Shown in pieces: positions 38,001 through 40,561 of a DNA stretch of 40,561 bases (positions are counted from its first letter, which is position 1; each line of letters opens with the position of its first letter). Below the pieces are notes generated by a model, which was not told where the DNA came from, made no database searches, and saw only the letters and a list, made by a program, of their open reading frames with translations. Origin of the DNA: Priapulus caudatus (taxonomy: Eukaryota); contig NW_014577091.1 in the NCBI RefSeq assembly GCF_000485595.1, positions 629,825-670,385 on the forward strand, in the 5' to 3' direction. The position numbers and the translations under genes are program-made.

Positions 38001-38319
38001 CGCCGCTACCGTCTGCTGCTGGCAGTGGCAGTGCTGGCCTCTAATTTTTTTTTAGCGGTGACGTTGAGCAGTCATACGTATCGTTGGGCCGTTAGCGCGT
38101 ACTACTTCACGGGAGACGGCGCGCACAGAGACAAAGATGGCTACATCCACATCACCGGCGCATCCGCATTCGACGAATGGACGACTGTCTTATTCAACTC
38201 ACGGCGTCGTCATCGTCTCGGCACGGCCGAGATCGAGGACTCGATGGACGAGCACGGGGGGAGCGACGTCGCGTGAGACAGGCTCGTCGTACGGCTTCCC
38301 TCAACCGTCAAAGGCGAAG
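28718..38319 (+). CDS. ACSS1: Acetyl-CoA synthetase, mitochondrial type (ACSS1-like); multi-exon, 3'-incomplete gene model
   Basis: join(28718..29045,29461..29557,29840..30039,31238..31413,33734..33886,35016..35163,36081..36218,36843..36935,37049..37164,37481..37607, then corrupted ~38096..38319). The first nine introns are GT-AG with compatible phases. Motifs: [45 protein letters not shown] (AMP-binding), [37 protein letters not shown]. The Arg-rich, acid-free N-terminus suggests a mitochondrial presequence. ACSS1 rather than ACSS2 is by recognition, not by a tree. Confidence 0.93.
29461..29557 (+). CDS. ACSS1: ACSS1 exon 2 (VNCVDRH...ENVSYK)
   Basis: Acceptor poly-T-TAG ends 29460; donor AA|GTGCGT, phase 2. 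Confidence 0.92.
29840..30039 (+). CDS. ACSS1: ACSS1 exon 3 ([11 protein letters not shown]...SRIND)
   Basis: Acceptor [20 protein letters not shown] and [17 protein letters not shown] motifs; donor G|GTGAGG. Confidence 0.95.
30105..30602. mobile_element. hAT-like MITE in ACSS1 intron 3
   Basis: Termini CAGGGCGCGAAATT ... AATTTCATGCCTTG (11/14 inverted match), GC-rich subtermini, AT-rich core. TSD ambiguous in TA-rich flanks. Confidence 0.65.
30612..30964. mobile_element. Second hAT-like MITE in ACSS1 intron 3
   Basis: 15-bp TIR CAGTGTTTCTCCTGG ... CCAGGGGAAACACTG (1 mismatch); 8-bp flanks TATATATG / TGTATATG (7/8), the hAT TSD length. Confidence 0.8.
31238..31413 (+). CDS. ACSS1: ACSS1 exon 4 ([17 protein letters not shown]...MPLES)
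   Basis: Acceptor CCTCAG; VITADxxxRGGK motif; donor TCC|GTGAGT, phase 0. Confidence 0.93.
32075..33636. mobile_element. Non-autonomous Tc1/mariner-superfamily (pogo/Tigger-like) MITE, interrupted by an RTE LINE
   Basis: 24-bp TIRs: CAGTAAAAACCTGTGTATGAGAAC (32075-32098) vs reverse complement of 33613-33636 CAGTAAAAACCAGCGTATAAGAAC (3 mismatches). TA on both flanks (32073-74, 33637-38). Repeated subterminal TAAGAACC motifs. Confidence 0.85.
32182..33235 (+). mobile_element. 5'-truncated, decayed RTE-clade non-LTR retrotransposon
   Basis: Translates with stops and frameshifts to DLQYGDDA (YADD-like), [60 protein letters not shown], and C-terminal [18 protein letters not shown]. Short 3' UTR ending in a (GAT)n tail. 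Confidence 0.93.
33734..33886 (+). CDS. ACSS1: ACSS1 exon 5 (AMP-binding loop)
   Basis: Acceptor [36 protein letters not shown]; donor CAG|GTGGGT. Confidence 0.96.
35016..35163 (+). CDS. ACSS1: ACSS1 exon 6 ([49 protein letters not shown])
   Basis: Translated by hand (absent from the ORF track); acceptor ATGCAG, donor G|GTTGGT. Confidence 0.95.
36081..36218 (+). CDS. ACSS1: ACSS1 exon 7 (GRYWEMVE...SLRVLGT)
   Basis: Acceptor [17 protein letters not shown] motif; donor G|GTGACG. Confidence 0.95.
36843..36935 (+). CDS. ACSS1: ACSS1 exon 8 ([31 protein letters not shown])
   Basis: Translated by hand; acceptor TTGCAG, donor G|GTGAGT. Confidence 0.95.
37049..37164 (+). CDS. ACSS1: ACSS1 exon 9 ([11 protein letters not shown]...IVCPDS)
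   Basis: Acceptor TTACAG; completes WWQTETGG; donor AGT|GTATGT, phase 0. Confidence 0.92.
37481..37607 (+). CDS. ACSS1: ACSS1 exon 10 ([42 protein letters not shown])
   Basis: Translated by hand; acceptor CCGCAG, donor G|GTGAGA. Confidence 0.94.
38096..38319 (+). CDS. ACSS1: ACSS1 exon 11, frameshifted or error-rich
   Basis: [24 protein letters not shown] (other frame, ~38174), [15 protein letters not shown] and remnants of VAETAVVGFPHxVKGE are split across frames by small indels. The nearest AG (38094-38095) is out of phase. Boundaries approximate. Confidence 0.75.
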
Positions 38320-38334
38320 CCGTGGTAACAACGG

Positions 38335-38635
38335 AGTGTCGAGGTGGGCTCGACAGGGTGTGCGGGAATCCGCTCACCCGTCAAGGCGCAAGGAGTGGGT
38401 TCAAGGGCGTGAAGGTGGGCCTTCCGGCAGGCGATGTGCGAGAATTCTCATCGCCCAGTGTCAAGGGCGAATGGTGTCGTTCAAGGGGTGATAAGGTGCG
38501 GGCTCCGACGGGTGTGCCGGGAATCCACTCACACGGTTCAAGGGCGAAGGTGGGTCAAGGCAGTTGGGAGGTGGGCTTCCGGCAGGGTGTCGACTGCGAA
38601 TCCTCATCACATTGATCAAGGTCGAACGAGCTGAG
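38335..38635 (+). repeat. ~50-bp minisatellite, block 1
   Basis: Noisy copies of TCAAGGG(C/T)GAAGGTGGGCTCCGGCAGGGTGTGCGGGAATCCCTCACCCGG. Confidence 0.8.
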
Positions 38636-38641
38636 CCGTCA

Positions 38642-39675
38642 AGTATGTAGGAGAATGCGGCAGGTGTCTAAGAAAGCCGCAGTCTTCTCTACACCTGGCG
38701 TTCTCACCTCGCGGTTTGCTTACACGTCTTGGCTTCCCCATACGTACGCGCGACTTTGCTAATTTCCGGCGGGGTCTGATTCAGCCTCGTCCGCGGCGGT
38801 GGAGCCACCAATAATAGCATGAGCCGCCTCCCGACCCTACGCGCGCGATGCTCGCCCAACTATAGCTCTAGATAGACTTTATGGGCCCTGTTGCAGCAAA
38901 TCATGCGCAGGGAGAAAGGGATTCGCGCTACTCATCCCTTCCGCAACGACCGGTCAGTTTTTTCCCCGCTCCTGATTTCCTATTCGCTACCTATAGCTTT
39001 TTCTTGCATTCTTCCCTCCGTACTTCAACTGTCCACCTTTTCACCCCTGCGAGTCTACTTCGCGTCCACGCCTTACGGTACGAGTACTGATTATCTCGAT
39101 TACATATCTGTGTTATGTAGTTACGATCCATCTGTTAGTTTCCGTCACGAAGTGTATGGGAAAGCGGCAGGTTGCCTAGAACAGCGTGCTTCTCTACACC
39201 TGACTCATCCTAACCGCAGGCTCTCTACACCTCCCCAACTCCCATTGGCTTCCCCATACGTAGCGCGCACTTTTGCTAAATTCCGGGGGTCTGATTCAGC
39301 CTCGCCGTCACGCCGGTGTGAGCCGATCCAATATAACATGGGCGCGCATTCGGCGCGTGCATGCCTGCGGGCCCAATTAGCCTAGATACTTTATGGAGAC
39401 CTTCAGTTGACAGCCAACATTGCGCAGGAGAAAGTGGACATCCGGTGCTCTTTCATCACCTTACCGCCAACACGTGGTCAGTTTTTCCCCCGACTCCTGA
39501 TCCTATTCCTTCCTATACTTTTCCTTGCCATCTTCCCCTCCTACCTTCCACTGCTTCACCTTCCACCCCTCGTCCGAGCTACTTCGCGATCCACGCTGTA
39601 CGGCTCACGAGAGGTTACTAATAGTCGGTTACGATTCTGTGTGTATGTAGATATCTGTGTAGTTTCGTAGAGTGT
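38642..39675 (+). repeat. Two head-to-tail divergent copies of a ~510-bp unit
   Basis: Shared anchors in the same order: GCGGCAGGT, CTTCTCTACACCTG, TTGGCTTCCCCATACGTA, GGGGTCTGATTCAGCCTCG, GGTCAGTTTTT, CTACTTCGCG. Copies ~38642-39149 and ~39150-39675. Confidence 0.85.
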
Positions 39676-39809
39676 GTATTGTGTCTGATTGAGCTGAAAT
39701 AGACGCACGAGGAGTAGCTTTCATAATACGGTGTTTCTGTTATCTGTCTACGCAACAACCTGACACTACCCTTAAGGCGACTACCTCGCACATACTAAAC
39801 CGTAGAACC

Positions 39810-40260
39810 TGTGGGATCGACAACCGAAATCCCTCACTTATACAAGTGGTGAAGGTGGGCTCCGGCAGGGTGTGCGGGAATCCCTCACCCGGTCAAGGGC
39901 GAAGGTGGGTCAAGGGGTGAAGGTGGGCTCCAGCAGGGTGATCGGGAATCATGCATCCAGTCAAGGGTGAAGGTGGGCTCCGGCAGGGTGATCGGGAATC
40001 CTGCATCTAATCAAGGGGGAAGGTGGGGCAAGGGGAAAATGTGGGCTCCGGCTGGGTGATCTGGAATCCTGCAGCTAATAAAAGACGAAGATGGACTTCG
40101 GCGGGGGTGAAGGGAACTTGAACCTTGTGAGGGTGTTCTTGGGGGGATATGAGAAATCCTGCATCCGGTGAAGAGGATAGTTGATAGTGGGCTCGGCGGG
40201 ATTGACGGGAGTCCGGCAACCTGTATAGGGTGATGGTGAGCTCCAGGTGAGGTGCTCCAG
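39810..40260 (+). repeat. ~50-bp minisatellite, block 2
   Basis: TCAAGG starts at 39910, 39961 and 40011 (period 50-51); degenerates toward 40260. Confidence 0.85.
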
Positions 40261-40265
40261 CTCCA

Positions 40266-40455
40266 GGGGCCGGTTTCACGAAGCGTACTTAAGTATTTAA
40301 TCATGATTAAATCACTAATCATGATTAACTTTTCGTACTTAAATTGAAGTGACTGTTTCACGAAGCGTAATTAACTTTAATCATGATTAAGGTAATCACA
40401 ATATTTAATTCTACTCAGGAGCATGATTAAATCCACTAATCATAATTAGTTGCTA
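40266..40455. mobile_element. Terminal fragment of a non-autonomous DNA transposon (Harbinger-like terminus)
   Basis: Starts GGGGCCGGTTTCACGAAGCGTA, repeats GTTTCACGAAGCGTA internally and carries several palindromic TTAATCATGATTAA motifs. Other end not in window; superfamily is a resemblance only. Confidence 0.5.
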
Positions 40456-40468
40456 GTACTAGAAGTAG

Positions 40469-40561
40469 CAGGCCCGTCGGAGCCGCTACGGTTGGTACGG
40501 GATTGACCGTACCACTTTTCAGCCTAAAAAAACAGAAGAAAAAAGGAAAAGAAAAAAGAAA
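40469..40561. mobile_element. Probable left end of another MITE running off the window
   Basis: CAGGCCCGTCGGAGCCG start followed by a GGTACGG...CCGTACC hairpin and ACTTTT; partner TIR not visible. Confidence 0.4.

Noticed and set aside
39153..39860. Possible LTR (TGTAT...ATACA) followed by a TGG primer-binding site
   Set aside because: The apparent end and PBS (ATCCCTCACTTATACAAGTGGTGAAGGTGGG) is better explained as a noisy copy of the 50-bp minisatellite unit. No TSD, clear tRNA match or gag/pol.
38335..40260. CRISPR-like array
   Set aside because: Eukaryotic intronic context, head-to-tail units without unique spacers, no cas genes.

Overview
Microsatellite-rich animal (probably invertebrate) nuclear DNA from a draft assembly, with N-gaps at 9479-9488 (10 N) and 28185-28209 (25 N). 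The one confident gene is a + strand, intron-rich mitochondrial-type acetyl-CoA synthetase (ACSS1-like). Ten clean GT-AG exons (28718-37607) splice into an open frame of 525 codons. An 11th exon (~38096-38319) is riddled with indels, and I found no C-terminal exons in the window. The introns carry two adjacent hAT-like MITEs and a pogo/Tigger-like MITE interrupted by a 5'-truncated RTE LINE with a 41-bp target duplication. Downstream, a ~50-bp minisatellite appears to be built from the ACSS1 exon 3' end plus splice donor. The upstream 28 kb holds simple repeats, GC-rich enhancer-like islands, a foldback element with a telomere-like core, weak candidate exons, and a 4.2-kb tandem duplication that looks like a long-read gap-filling artefact. 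Almost all listed ORFs are repeat translations. I found no convincing novel multi-gene system; the most interesting items are structural.
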